Shown: positions 17,798 through 28,308 of the stretch, in pieces
Layout: every line of letters starts with the position of its first letter
Numbering within the stretch: position 1 is the first letter of the stretch
Source of the DNA: Hyphomicrobiales bacterium
GTDB taxonomy: Bacteria > Pseudomonadota > Alphaproteobacteria > Rhizobiales > OSC116
NCBI GenBank assembly: GCA_002401855.1
Contig: NVUH01000008.1
Coordinates: forward strand, 21,126 to 85,125
Reading direction: 5' to 3'
Length of the DNA stretch: 64,000 nt
Notes under the pieces: generated by a model
Seen by the model: only the letters and a program-made list of their open reading frames with translations
What the model was told of the DNA's origin: nothing
The model's database searches: none
Program-made: the position numbers and the translations under genes

Positions 17798-18616
17798 ATG
17801 TCCATTGCTACCGAAGATACGAATCAGAACCAAGATTTCCCAACGCCTAAAAATTGTTTTGCTGAAACTGTAACATCGGTTGAACATTTTACGGATCGGT
17901 TGTTTAAGTTCCGCATCACCCGCCCTGCAAGCTTCCGTTTTCGCTCTGGCGAATTTATTATGATTGGTTTGCCAAATTCCGAAAAACCAGTTTTCAGAGC
18001 CTATTCGATTGCCAGCCCTGGTTGGGATGAAGAAATTGAATTTTATTCGATTAAGGTCGAAGACGGCCCGCTGACGCAACATTTGCAAAAAATCAAAGTT
18101 GGCGACACTATTTTAATGCGTAAGAAACCCACTGGCACATTGGTCAATGATGCGCTCATTTCAGGCAAACGGCTTTACATGTTTTCGACAGGCACCGGCA
18201 TAGCGCCTTTTGCCTCACTGGTGCGCGACCCAGAGACTTACGATAAATTCGATGAAGTTATTCTCACCCACACTTGCCGCGATGTGGCCGAGCTTAAATA
18301 TGGCCAAGAGCTGGTTGCCAACATTAAAGATGACCCACTTTTAGGCGATTTTGTAGGCGATCGCTTGCGTTTATATTCGACCATTACCCGCGAAGATTAT
18401 GAATTTAAAGGCCGCATTACCGACCTGCTTACAAGTGGTAAAATATTCAAAGATTTAGGTGTCGAACCGATTAATCCAGAAACCGACCGCGGCATGATTT
18501 GCGGGTCTATGGACATGATTAAAGACACCAAAGCCGTGCTAGAAAGCTTCGGCTTGGTCGAAGGCGCGAACAATAACCCGCAAACCTTCGTGGTCGAGCG
18601 GGCATTTGTCGGCTAG
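17798..18616 (+). CDS. fpr: Ferredoxin/flavodoxin-NADP+ reductase
   Basis: 272 aa. FAD-binding RAYSIAS motif and NAD(P)-binding MFSTGTGIAPF motif. Confidence 0.85.
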   Translation: MSIATEDTNQNQDFPTPKNCFAETVTSVEHFTDRLFKFRITRPASFRFRSGEFIMIGLPNSEKPVFRAYSIASPGWDEEIEFYSIKVEDGPLTQHLQKIKVGDTILMRKKPTGTLVNDALISGKRLYMFSTGTGIAPFASLVRDPETYDKFDEVILTHTCRDVAELKYGQELVANIKDDPLLGDFVGDRLRLYSTITREDYEFKGRITDLLTSGKIFKDLGVEPINPETDRGMICGSMDMIKDTKAVLESFGLVEGANNNPQTFVVERAFVG

Positions 18617-18653
18617 TTGACATTAAAGACATTTATGAAAAGCGCTTCAAGCT

Positions 18654-19301
18654 TTATGGCTTCGAGGCGCTTTTTGCATTCTGTATGGCTTTCACATAAG
18701 CTGCGGCATTTACGCCAACCTGCTCAGCGGTCATACCCGCCTTATAAAGGCCAGAACCAAGGCCGAAACCACTGGCTCCGACTGCTATAAAATCAGCCAT
18801 ATTATCAGCGTTCACCCCACCCACCGGGAATATCGGCATTTCAGGCGGCAATACCACCGCAATGGCTTTCAGCCCCTTAGTGCCCAATGTATCGGCGGGA
18901 AACATTTTAAGCGCATCGGCGCCCGCTTCAATGGCAGCAAAAGCTTCGGACGGCGTATAAAAACCCGGCGCAGAATAAAGGCCGAGTTGTTTACTGCGTT
19001 TAATCACCGCGATATTGGTATTGGGCGAAACAATGAGCCGCCCGCCAACCGCATGGATTTTTTTAACTTGCTCGATATTTGTAACCGTGCCTGCACCGAT
19101 CACCGCCTCATCACCCATGGCTTGCTGCAAAATTTCAATGCTGTTATAAGGTTCTGGCGAATTAAGCGGAATTTCAATGACCTTTATGCCAGCTTGGTAA
19201 ATAATTTGCGCAATTTCAAGCACCTCTTGTGGCTTCACACCACGTAAAATTGCGATGAGCGGAATGTCAACTAAAGCTGCATTTAATCTGATCGGGGGCA
19301 T
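18654..19301 (-). CDS. dgoA: 2-dehydro-3-deoxy-6-phosphogalactonate aldolase
   Basis: 215-aa KDPG/KHG-aldolase-family sequence (IAILRGVKP..., GGRLIVSPN) directly downstream of dgoK. Confidence 0.8.
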   Translation of the reverse strand: MPPIRLNAALVDIPLIAILRGVKPQEVLEIAQIIYQAGIKVIEIPLNSPEPYNSIEILQQAMGDEAVIGAGTVTNIEQVKKIHAVGGRLIVSPNTNIAVIKRSKQLGLYSAPGFYTPSEAFAAIEAGADALKMFPADTLGTKGLKAIAVVLPPEMPIFPVGGVNADNMADFIAVGASGFGLGSGLYKAGMTAEQVGVNAAAYVKAIQNAKSASKP

Positions 19302-19310
19302 TTAATTTCC

Positions 19311-20240
19311 TTAAAGATTGGCTTGCTTGGCGATAGAGCTCATGCCTGTATAAGCGGCTTTTTCTCCATCGATGAGGCTTGAAGGCAAATCAAATTGTTG
19401 AAGCGCCAGCTGGAATAATTTGTTAAGCGCCTGCGTGCCCACCAAATAAACATGTTGCATATTTTCAATTGCCCGCTGCATTTCTTTAATTTCAGTGCCA
19501 ATTAATATGCCCGAAAGATAGGGTTCAATTTCGTTTTGCTGCAACTCGCCATTGAGCATATTGGTGCGGGCGCTGAATATATGATGCGCCAACCCACCAT
19601 CGGCTTTGGCACATTTAACACCTTTGATAAAAGCTTCATCATCCTCAATTTTGGGTGCAGATGCGGGTTGCGGTGCTAAAATACTGTGCTTTATCAGCAA
19701 GTCATATAACTCGCCTGTCATGTGGGTCGAAAAATCAACAATGCTTTTGTCGGCAATTTTCATCCATTTAGAATGTGTGCCCGGCAAGCAAAAAACTGCC
19801 TGTTTTTCTAGTGCCTGCCCAATCATTTCTATGGCGCCGATGACCTGAGTTTCCTCACCGCGCGCGACATCATATTGCGCGCCACTGGCTTCAGTATCCA
19901 CCCCTGCAATGATGGCAACTTTTCGTGCCTGTGCATTGACAATGTGAGTTAGGTTTTGGCTCAAATCATGCATCTTAACAGGGCAAGTTATATATTTCAC
20001 ATTGCGCCAGCCTTTTTGGCTGCCAACCATGCCTGCCAATATAATTGGTGTTGTTGGCCAATATTTCAGCAGGTCAAACAATACGGGTTCAAATTCATCG
20101 GGCTTTAACTCTAACATGCCTTTGTCAAAATAAATGCGGTCTACCAATTCAGCCTTATCGTCCAGCAAAAATGCGCGGAAGTTAGAGCTGCCCCAATCCA
20201 CACATATCAGCTTGCCTTGGTCTAAAAAATTATCTGTCAT
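19311..20240 (-). CDS. dgoK: 2-dehydro-3-deoxygalactonokinase
   Basis: 309 aa with a DgoK-type N-terminus (LICVDWGSSNFRAFLL). Confidence 0.8.
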   Translation of the reverse strand: MTDNFLDQGKLICVDWGSSNFRAFLLDDKAELVDRIYFDKGMLELKPDEFEPVLFDLLKYWPTTPIILAGMVGSQKGWRNVKYITCPVKMHDLSQNLTHIVNAQARKVAIIAGVDTEASGAQYDVARGEETQVIGAIEMIGQALEKQAVFCLPGTHSKWMKIADKSIVDFSTHMTGELYDLLIKHSILAPQPASAPKIEDDEAFIKGVKCAKADGGLAHHIFSARTNMLNGELQQNEIEPYLSGILIGTEIKEMQRAIENMQHVYLVGTQALNKLFQLALQQFDLPSSLIDGEKAAYTGMSSIAKQANL

Positions 20241-20251
20241 TTAAAATTTTC

Positions 20252-21181
20252 TCACTCAACAAATGCATCAGTCGCTTCATGTTTGCACAACATAAAGCAA
20301 TCAGCAACATGCATAAGCGGCGCGACATCCACATCTGATTTTTTACCATCCAATAGATCGGCAAACCGCGTATAAATACGGTCATATTCAGATGCCAATG
20401 CATCTGATGTGACGAGGCTTTTTCCCGCCAATGAAAGCTTTGCGCCGCCGTTAGATAAAGCCAACATGCCTTGGTCGGTTTCAATGTTAATGTCCCATGT
20501 TTGCGCGCCCGTTTGTAAAAAATCAAATGTCGCGGCGATCGGAATTCCACTGGTGGTTCTAAAATTTAAGTCAGCAGCAATCGGCGTGTGCAAATTTTGC
20601 GGAATGAATAATATACCGTCACTCAAATAAAATTTCTCTGGCAAAATTTCGGTGACAATCGACAGGGCGTTAATACCAGGATCAAACACCCCCAAACCGC
20701 CGGGTTGCCATATCCAATCTTGGCCGGGGTGCCAGCGCCTGACATCCTCTTTCCAAATCACCTCGACACTTTTAATGTCAAGGGTTTTAAGCATTTTTTT
20801 GGCGTTGGATACGGCTGCGGCAAACCGCGAATGCCATGTGGCAAACAAGCTGCAACCATTTTGTTCGGCAAGATCCTGCAATGCCGCGACTTCAGACAAA
20901 GTTGAACCGGGTGGTTTTTCCAACATCACATCGAGGCCAGCTTTTAACGCGGTTTTGGCAATGTCAAAGCGCACTTGTGGCGGCACACATAATGACACCG
21001 CGGTTATGTCTGGTCTGGCTTTGATCATGCCTTCAATGGTGGTAAAAGCATCAACATTGTCTAATGATGCATTGCGGCTGACAATGGCAGCAAGCTCATA
21101 ACCGTCTTGGCGCTCAAGCGAAGGCAAATGCTGGTCTTGGGCAATTTTACCAAGGCCAATAAGGGCTATTTTAACTGTCAT
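20252..21181 (-). CDS. D-galactose 1-dehydrogenase (Gfo/Idh/MocA family)
   Basis: IALIGLGKIAQDQHLPSL ... LEKPPGSTLSEV ... LFATWHSRFAAAV closely resembles Pseudomonas galactose dehydrogenase as I remember it. I prefer the start at 21181 (GGAAAA upstream); an alternative ATG is at 21193. Confidence 0.75.
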   Translation of the reverse strand: MTVKIALIGLGKIAQDQHLPSLERQDGYELAAIVSRNASLDNVDAFTTIEGMIKARPDITAVSLCVPPQVRFDIAKTALKAGLDVMLEKPPGSTLSEVAALQDLAEQNGCSLFATWHSRFAAAVSNAKKMLKTLDIKSVEVIWKEDVRRWHPGQDWIWQPGGLGVFDPGINALSIVTEILPEKFYLSDGILFIPQNLHTPIAADLNFRTTSGIPIAATFDFLQTGAQTWDINIETDQGMLALSNGGAKLSLAGKSLVTSDALASEYDRIYTRFADLLDGKKSDVDVAPLMHVADCFMLCKHEATDAFVE

Positions 21182-21349
21182 ATAATTTTCCATTTAATCT
21201 AAGCGCAGAAAATTGCGTATTCTCAGTTTATACAAGTTATGATATAATGGTCAAATTCAAATATAGCTAATGGTTATAACAATGTGTGTATATCAAACCG
21301 AACCGCAATTTCCACCCCGCTTGTTTAAGGCAGAGTTAAAGGCAAATGA

Positions 21350-22339
21350 ATGACTGAAACTTACATTCCCAATAACGGCCAAGACAAGCTGATTTCTCGC
21401 GGCTTAAAATTCAACCATTTAAGGCTCATCGCCGCGCTGGGTGAAACGGGTCAAATTAGCGCTTCGGCGGCTTTGTTACATATGGCACAACCTTCGGCAT
21501 CTCGGTTGTTATCGGAGCTAGAATATATTGTCGGCAATAAGCTGTATAGCCGCCATCCGCGCGGCATTATTTTAAACGAATCTGGTCTGCTGCTGGCTAA
21601 AAAAGCGCGGCATATGTTGCGCGGGCTTGATGATATGAACAGGCAGATTATCGAAACTGGCGAAGGGCTGCGCGGGGCGGTTAGTGTTGGCGCTGTCACC
21701 ACGCCTGCGCTCGAAATTCTCTTGCCAGTCATTCGCCATGCACGGGTCACGCACCCCAATATTGAAATATCGGTGACTGTCGATACCAGCCCCAAATTGG
21801 CCGAAAGCATGCTCAATGGCAGCATTGATTTTTACATTGGCCGCATCACCGAGGAAATTGACCCAAGGCCATTTCGCACCCGCATCATCGGCAAAGAGCC
21901 ATTGGTGCTGATTGTGCGTTCTGACCACCCGTTGACCCGCGATGCGCCTAAAGATTTGAGTGATTGCACATCTTATGACTGGGTGCTGCAATCCTCTGGT
22001 GAATTGATGCGCCACGCGGTCGAAAAATATTTCGCCGAACATGGCTATAAAATGCCGACACAAATTTTAAATACCAGCAGTGTGATGATGACCTTGGCTA
22101 TCATCAGCCAATCTAATTCTATTGCTCCCGTATCCCACCCGATTGCCGATTTTTATGGCGATAGGGAGGACGGCACGCCCGGCCGCATCGCGCGTTTGCC
22201 AATTGCCAAAGATTTATATGTTACCGATTATTCGCTTATTTCTTCGGCAGATCGCGCGCTTTCACCCGCTTCAGAGGCGATATTTGACTTGGTTAACAAT
22301 CGTTTGGATGTCAATAAAACCATCGAAATAAAAGACTGA
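21350..22339 (+). CDS. LysR-family transcriptional regulator
   Basis: wHTH (LKFNHLRLIAALGETGQISASAALLHMAQPSASRLLSELE) plus an effector domain. Divergent from the galactose dehydrogenase gene. Confidence 0.85.
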   Translation: MTETYIPNNGQDKLISRGLKFNHLRLIAALGETGQISASAALLHMAQPSASRLLSELEYIVGNKLYSRHPRGIILNESGLLLAKKARHMLRGLDDMNRQIIETGEGLRGAVSVGAVTTPALEILLPVIRHARVTHPNIEISVTVDTSPKLAESMLNGSIDFYIGRITEEIDPRPFRTRIIGKEPLVLIVRSDHPLTRDAPKDLSDCTSYDWVLQSSGELMRHAVEKYFAEHGYKMPTQILNTSSVMMTLAIISQSNSIAPVSHPIADFYGDREDGTPGRIARLPIAKDLYVTDYSLISSADRALSPASEAIFDLVNNRLDVNKTIEIKD

Positions 22340-22345
22340 AAAAGC

Positions 22346-23089
22346 TCAAGCGACACTTGGTTTTTGTTGCCGCAATATTTGCCAAAGATTTTCCATCGGC
22401 AAACCAAATTGAGCAATTTCTAGTTCAAAAAAATCGCCTTCTTGCAATCGAATATGCGGCATTTCAAACAATTTAAACGGCGAAAATAACTGAATAAAAA
22501 CATCGCCAGCTAGGCTAGTTTGGTATTTAGAATCCAGTGCTGGAAATGCCGAAAACACGTCATTTAAACCTAAATTATCGTTAAAAATAACCTTACCATT
22601 TCTCACTTGGCTTAAAATACCGTCCATCACCTGCGGCAACCCACCTGTCAAAATTTCTGGCCCCAGAGCAATGACATTGTCTTCAAATTCTAAAGTCGGT
22701 AAAAAACTGTGATTTAGGTTTCGTGCATCAGATAAAATATAAGCCATACAATAGCCAATTGTGAGCAAGTTGCCATCTTGCGCCACCACGCTTATCGCGG
22801 CAATTTTTGGCATGGTTGGCATGTCTTGTTCGCCTGTAACATGCTGCTGAATGGCACTCGGCGCTTCAATAGGCGCAACGAGTTTATGTTCGGTGTATAA
22901 ATGTTGCAAATCAACGGCCTGTTCGAATTCCAAACGATTAATTTGCTCGGCCAAAGTCAGGCTATTTTGTATACATTTTATCACCAATTGATAGGTGGTT
23001 GAAACGCCGCTAAGTGTATAGGCTTCTGTGCCTTCTCGCACCACGACGCTGCGTTTTCCCGCTTGAGTTTTTATTTGCGAAAGTAACAT
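22346..23089 (-). CDS. GguC/FAH-like protein, apparently shortened
   Basis: Both the N-terminus (LSQIKTQAGKRSVVVREG...) and the C-terminus (GDVFIQLF...LQEGDFFELEIAQFGLPMEN) resemble GguC-type fumarylacetoacetate-hydrolase-fold proteins as I remember them. At 247 aa it is shorter than usual. RBS AGAGGGA is present. Confidence 0.45.
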   Translation of the reverse strand: MLLSQIKTQAGKRSVVVREGTEAYTLSGVSTTYQLVIKCIQNSLTLAEQINRLEFEQAVDLQHLYTEHKLVAPIEAPSAIQQHVTGEQDMPTMPKIAAISVVAQDGNLLTIGYCMAYILSDARNLNHSFLPTLEFEDNVIALGPEILTGGLPQVMDGILSQVRNGKVIFNDNLGLNDVFSAFPALDSKYQTSLAGDVFIQLFSPFKLFEMPHIRLQEGDFFELEIAQFGLPMENLWQILRQQKPSVA

Positions 23090-23143
23090 GCTTTCATCCC
23101 TCTTTCAGGCTCTATCCTCAGGCTCTGTCCTCAAGCCCAGCCG

Positions 23144-24226
23144 TCATCTCACCCGCATATCATTGGCATCAAATAGCAAGGCTAATTTTTTGTCAAAACC
23201 AACATTTATCCTGTCACCATTTTTAATATTGCGGCCATCTTGGGTTTCTAAAACCAGTGTTTCATTGCCATCACTTCGCGCGTAAATAAAGCTCTGCCCA
23301 CCCAAATGCTCTAACAAATCAACAGTTAATGAAAACTCGACGTCGGCATTTTGGGTAAAATGCTCAGGACGTATGCCGACCGAAACTTGCGCACCAACAG
23401 CAAGGTTATCGCCGTTCACAGGCAAATCAAAGCTCACTTCATTAAAATCAATTAGTTTTAAATTACATGATGTTGCGCTTACTTTTAGAATCACCGCATT
23501 TAAAAAATTCATTTTCGGCGAGCCAATAAAACCCGCAACAAATTTATTATCGGGGTCATCATAAAGCTCAAGCGGTTTACCAAATTGCTCAACAATGCCA
23601 TCACGCAAAACCACAATTTTATCGGCCAAAGTCATGGCTTCAACTTGGTCATGGGTCACATAAATAATGGTGGTGGCGAGTTGTTTGTGCAAACGCGCGA
23701 GTTCGACGCGCATATGCACCCGCAGCTCGGCATCAAGGTTTGACAATGGCTCATCAAACAAAAACACATCGGGATGGCGCACAATGGCACGGCCGATGGC
23801 CACACGTTGGCGCTGCCCGCCCGAAAGGGTTGCTGGCTTGCGGTCAAGCAATTCATCAAGGCCTAAAATATCGGCGGCGTCTTGAACTTGCTTGGCAACG
23901 TCAGCCTTATTCATGCCGCCAAATTTAAGCGCAAAACCCATGTTTTCGCGCACCGTCATATGCGGGTATAAAGCGTAAGATTGAAACACCATGGCAATGC
24001 CACGTTTGGATGGATCAACGTCATTCATCCGCACATTGCCAATGTGCAATTCACCTACTGTGATGTCTTCAAGCCCCGCAATCATCCGCAATAATGTGGA
24101 TTTACCGCAACCAGATGGCCCGACAAAAACCACAAATTCACCAGATTCAATGTCTAAATCGACACCTTTAATCACTTCAAGACTGCCAAAAGATTTGCGC
24201 ACATCGCTTAATTTAAGATCACTCAT
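23144..24226 (-). CDS. lacK: Sugar ABC transporter ATP-binding protein
   Basis: Walker A GPSGCGKST, LSGGQRQRV and FLFDEP. Last gene of an E-F-G-Z-K arrangement like Agrobacterium radiobacter lacEFGZK. Confidence 0.8.
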   Translation of the reverse strand: MSDLKLSDVRKSFGSLEVIKGVDLDIESGEFVVFVGPSGCGKSTLLRMIAGLEDITVGELHIGNVRMNDVDPSKRGIAMVFQSYALYPHMTVRENMGFALKFGGMNKADVAKQVQDAADILGLDELLDRKPATLSGGQRQRVAIGRAIVRHPDVFLFDEPLSNLDAELRVHMRVELARLHKQLATTIIYVTHDQVEAMTLADKIVVLRDGIVEQFGKPLELYDDPDNKFVAGFIGSPKMNFLNAVILKVSATSCNLKLIDFNEVSFDLPVNGDNLAVGAQVSVGIRPEHFTQNADVEFSLTVDLLEHLGGQSFIYARSDGNETLVLETQDGRNIKNGDRINVGFDKKLALLFDANDMRVR

Positions 24227-24244
24227 ATTTTTCTCGCTTTAATA

Positions 24245-26485
24245 TTATTGCGCCCGAATTTCAACATCGACTGTGCCCAGCCGCTCACCAATCACCGAAA
24301 CCGAAATCAAACCTTTACCGCCAGTGCTGCGCAGCCAAAAACCTGTGGTGCCGCCACGCAAACTCAATTCACTTGGGCCAATAATGCTTGCAGGCCCCGT
24401 TAGTTCAACATGAATGCGCTCGTTAAAAAACGGCATTACATTGCCCACTTGATCAAGCGCCCGCACCATCACCCGCACTTCTTCTTGGTCATCAACAATT
24501 GTCTCATCTGGCTCAACTTGTAATGTGGTTGGCTGCGGGTCACGGTCAAATATATGGCTGGCTACCTGCTTGCCATCAATATAACCAATCACCTCCGCGC
24601 CTTCCCATTTCAAACCCCACTCGCCCATGCCTTCTGCGCCGAAATGCTCAAGCGTCACAATGAAAGGCGGATGCGGTAAATGCGGGTAATTGGCATGGTC
24701 TGGTTTGATGTTTTTAGCCACCGTGTCGCCATAACGGATGCTAATCTCATCAACATTGCTCAATATAATTAGCGGCAATACACCACAAATATTACGCTCG
24801 CCGCGCGCCCAAATGGTCACTGGTTTTAAAATCACTTCGTCCGATGGGTCACATTGGCTGCTATAAGCATAAGCGGCAAATTTCGGTTCGCGGAACATGT
24901 CCAAAACACCATGGTAGCAAATACGGTCACCCGAGCCAAAATCAGCATGGGTATTATAATCAAACATGCACCAGCCAATGCAGCCTGCAATATTGTCATC
25001 CCCATAAGAGGCGTTCAATACCGATAAATGCCGCAAGACATGTTCAGCCAGCCGATCCTCTTGGTCTTGCTTTTTGGTCGGGAACATATGGCCGTTATAT
25101 TCAGTCACCATATAAGGCACAATGTCTTTAAGCCCAGTGGTCTGCTGCTGATCACGCAAAGCAATTCGACCATGGTTTACAAATGGCAACTCATCTTGGC
25201 CTTGCACAAAATCATTCATGGTGAATACGTCTTCCAAAAACTCACTATTGTCGATGCATCTCACACCACCTGTTTGACGTGTTGAATCAAGTTCATGCGC
25301 CAACCTATTGGTTTGCGTATAAAAATCATGATCATCAGCCGATTCATTGACCCGCACACCCCATAGAATAATCGATGGATGGTTCCAATCACGCTCAATC
25401 ATGCGCCGCACATTATCAATCGAAATCTGCTTCCAGCCCTCATCACCAATATGCTGCCACCCCGGAATTTCCTCAAATACCAGCAAACCAATGCGGTCAC
25501 AATGCTGCATAAAATATTTAGATTGCGGATAATGCGAAGTCCGCACAAGGTTGCATTTGAGCATGTTTTTCATGATGTCGGCATCTTTTTCCTGCGCGGC
25601 TTTGCCCATGGCATAGCCCGCATAAGGGAAAGATTGATGACGATTCAAGCCAATAATTTTAAGCGGTTTGCCATTCAAATAAAACCCATCAGGTTTAAAT
25701 TCGGCAGTTCTAAAACCAAATTCATCCGCCACATTGTCTCGACAAGCAGCACTGCTAAATTCCACCGCCATTTTATAAAGTGTCGGGTTTTCAACATCCC
25801 ATAAAGACAGGCCTTTAAGCTCAGAGAATGAAACAGTCGCTGAGTTGGAGGCTATTTCATTCTCTGATTCTGCAATCAGCTTGCCGCCCATATCAAGCAA
25901 TTGCATTTTTAAAATGCCCGAAACGGCGAGATTTTGCGGGTTATATAGATCACAACGTACCGATACAGATTTAGCATCAGTCAATTCATTGCCAGTTTCA
26001 ATTTTAATATTTGCAATCGAGATTGGATCAACAACTTTTAACCAAACATCACGATAAATGCCCGCATAAGTTAGATAATCAATGCGGTCACCAAAGGGCG
26101 GTATGTCGGGGTTCTCACTGCCATCAATCTTAACACTAAGCAGATTCTCCCCCTCATTCAACTTACCCGTCAACCGCACTTCAAACGCGGTATAACCATC
26201 TGCATGAGCACCAATCTGCTCACCATTCAAATAAACCGCACTGTCAGCCATCGCACCATCAAATATCAAGCTAATCTCTTTGCCTTCAAATGCCGCATCC
26301 CATTCAATTATTTTCTGATAGGTAAACGGTTTTTGGTAATCCGCCTCATCAAAATAATTATACGGCAAATCCACCGCATTGTGAGGCAAGGTCACATCTT
26401 CACCCGCCGCAAAACGTGTTGCCAATTCGCTAGAAAACCCCTGATGAAAAACCCAAGCTTGGTTATATTTAACTAAATTATGCAT
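24245..26485 (-). CDS. lacZ: Glycoside hydrolase family 2 beta-galactosidase
   Basis: 746 aa. GH2 blocks present (NAVDLPYNYFD..., HPSIILWGVRVNES acid/base region, VTEYNGH nucleophile region). Confidence 0.8.
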   Translation of the reverse strand: MHNLVKYNQAWVFHQGFSSELATRFAAGEDVTLPHNAVDLPYNYFDEADYQKPFTYQKIIEWDAAFEGKEISLIFDGAMADSAVYLNGEQIGAHADGYTAFEVRLTGKLNEGENLLSVKIDGSENPDIPPFGDRIDYLTYAGIYRDVWLKVVDPISIANIKIETGNELTDAKSVSVRCDLYNPQNLAVSGILKMQLLDMGGKLIAESENEIASNSATVSFSELKGLSLWDVENPTLYKMAVEFSSAACRDNVADEFGFRTAEFKPDGFYLNGKPLKIIGLNRHQSFPYAGYAMGKAAQEKDADIMKNMLKCNLVRTSHYPQSKYFMQHCDRIGLLVFEEIPGWQHIGDEGWKQISIDNVRRMIERDWNHPSIILWGVRVNESADDHDFYTQTNRLAHELDSTRQTGGVRCIDNSEFLEDVFTMNDFVQGQDELPFVNHGRIALRDQQQTTGLKDIVPYMVTEYNGHMFPTKKQDQEDRLAEHVLRHLSVLNASYGDDNIAGCIGWCMFDYNTHADFGSGDRICYHGVLDMFREPKFAAYAYSSQCDPSDEVILKPVTIWARGERNICGVLPLIILSNVDEISIRYGDTVAKNIKPDHANYPHLPHPPFIVTLEHFGAEGMGEWGLKWEGAEVIGYIDGKQVASHIFDRDPQPTTLQVEPDETIVDDQEEVRVMVRALDQVGNVMPFFNERIHVELTGPASIIGPSELSLRGGTTGFWLRSTGGKGLISVSVIGERLGTVDVEIRAQ

Positions 26486-26505
26486 TTTATACTTTCAAAA
26501 ATAAA

Positions 26506-27333
26506 TTATTTCACTGCGCCCAGCATGCCTTGCACAAATTGTCGCTGCATTAAGAAAAAGATTGCCAGTGTCGGCAATGTGGCCATGATCGTGCCGACCA
26601 TCACCACACCATAGTCTGGATAATAAGCTGATGCCAAAGACGAAATAACCAGAGTGATGGTTTTTAACTCATTCGATTGCAACACTATCAACGGCCACAA
26701 ATAATTGTTCCAACTTGCCATGAATACAATGATAAAGGCCGCCGCATAAGTCGATTTCATCACAGGCAGATAGATATAGATAAATATTTGCCACTCTTTA
26801 AGGCCATCCACCTTGGCGGCATCGCGCAATTCACCGGGGAAAGCCTTGGTGCTTTGGCGGAAATAAAAGATAATGAAAGCCGAAGCCAAACCCGGCAAAA
26901 TAATCGCCGCATGGGTGTTGATTAAACCCACTTTGGCGATCGAAATAAACAGTGGAATCATCAAAGCCGCAAACGGTATCATCAAGGTCAGCAATACAAT
27001 GGTATAGAGCCGCTCGCGTGGTTTGGAGCGAAACACTTCAAACCCGTAGCCCGCCATAGAGGCGATGCCAAGCGTAAAAAAGCATGAAATGATGGTGATT
27101 TTTGATGAATTCCAAAAGATAAGCGGCACATCAACTTGCTCAAAAAACTTGGCGACATTGATTAGAAACTGATCACCAAAGCTGGCTTTGCCTTTGGCGA
27201 TGTCAGTGGTATTATTGGTCGCACCAATCACCATCCATATAAATGGAAAGATCGATAAAAATGCCATAAAGGTTAAAAAGACATAGGTGAAAAAGTCAGC
27301 AAAATTCAATTTTAAGGATAGGTTTTTCATCAT
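26506..27333 (-). CDS. lacG: CUT1 ABC transporter permease
   Basis: 275-aa polytopic ORF with an EAA-like loop (LRDAAKVDGLKEW). Confidence 0.85.
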   Translation of the reverse strand: MMKNLSLKLNFADFFTYVFLTFMAFLSIFPFIWMVIGATNNTTDIAKGKASFGDQFLINVAKFFEQVDVPLIFWNSSKITIISCFFTLGIASMAGYGFEVFRSKPRERLYTIVLLTLMIPFAALMIPLFISIAKVGLINTHAAIILPGLASAFIIFYFRQSTKAFPGELRDAAKVDGLKEWQIFIYIYLPVMKSTYAAAFIIVFMASWNNYLWPLIVLQSNELKTITLVISSLASAYYPDYGVVMVGTIMATLPTLAIFFLMQRQFVQGMLGAVK

Positions 27334-28220
27334 TTACGCTCCCGTGACACTCTAAATTGCAAGTAGGCCAATATCACCACAATCAATACAATCACATAAG
27401 ACACGGTGGCCGCATAGCCATAGCTTGGCATGAATTTAAAGGTTAGATTAAATATATAAAGTGACAGAGTGAGGGTCGAATCCGAAGGCCCACCAAGGGT
27501 TAGAATGTTGACCTCATCAAATAATTGCAAGGTGCCAATGGTCGAGGTGACGGTGGTGAATAAAATTACAGGTTTCATCATCGGAATGGTCAACGAAATC
27601 ATCCGTCGCCACGCCGAAATGCCGTCAATGCGTGCCGCTTCATATATGGATGAATCAATATTTTGCATGGCAGATAGATAAAAAATCATATTATAACCAG
27701 TCCACCGCCATGTGATGGAAATAATGATGAGGGTCTTTGCCCAAAAAGGATCGGTCAGCCAGCCAATCGGGTCATCAACAATGCCAATAAACATCAAGCT
27801 TTGGTTGACCACGCCATCAATGGCAAACATCGATTTGAACAAGATGGAATAAGCCACAAGCGAGGTGACACAGGGCAAAAAGATGGCGGTTCGAAACCAT
27901 CCACGCGCCCATAAGTTAGATTTATTAAGCAAAGACGCCATGATGAGGGCCAAAAATATCATAATCGGCACTTGAATGGCCAAAAATGTCATGGTATTGA
28001 CCAAAGCTTTTATAAATATCGGGTCGTTGGCCAGTCTGACAATATTGTCAAACCCGCCAAATTTGGTTCTAATCCCTTTGCCAGTTTGGAACGACATCCA
28101 TAACGACCATAGAATCGGATATATCATAAATATACCCATCAGTACCAAGGCGGGTGAGACAAACATCCACCCCGTGATGTTTTTATAGCGGCCTAATTGT
28201 TCGGCACGTTGTGATGACAT
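27330..28220 (-). CDS. lacF: CUT1 ABC transporter permease
   Basis: Start set at the ATG at 28220 (MSSQRAEQLGRYKN...). The 40-codon extension would run into the SBP gene's 3' flank. EAA-like loop IYEAARIDGISAW. Confidence 0.85.
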   Translation of the reverse strand: MSSQRAEQLGRYKNITGWMFVSPALVLMGIFMIYPILWSLWMSFQTGKGIRTKFGGFDNIVRLANDPIFIKALVNTMTFLAIQVPIMIFLALIMASLLNKSNLWARGWFRTAIFLPCVTSLVAYSILFKSMFAIDGVVNQSLMFIGIVDDPIGWLTDPFWAKTLIIISITWRWTGYNMIFYLSAMQNIDSSIYEAARIDGISAWRRMISLTIPMMKPVILFTTVTSTIGTLQLFDEVNILTLGGPSDSTLTLSLYIFNLTFKFMPSYGYAATVSYVIVLIVVILAYLQFRVSRERK

Positions 28221-28270
28221 AATATTTCTCAGATTTTTTCTGCACTGACTTTCACGAAAAGCAGATTTAA

Positions 28271-28298
28271 AAGGAGGGGGCAAAAATGCCCTCTCCTT
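28271..28298 (-). other. Intercistronic stem-loop after the SBP gene
   Basis: AAGGAGGGGGC-AAAAAT-GCCCTCTCCTT (one mismatch), located between the lacE-like stop and the lacF-like start. Confidence 0.55.
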
Positions 28299-28308
28299 CG
28301 GGAAGAAC

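Noticed and set aside
21194-21349. LysR-type T-N11-A box in the galactose dehydrogenase / LysR divergent region (for example TATAACAATGTGTGTATA).
   Set aside because: Only loose dyad symmetry is present. Several equally poor candidates exist, so none is reported as a feature.
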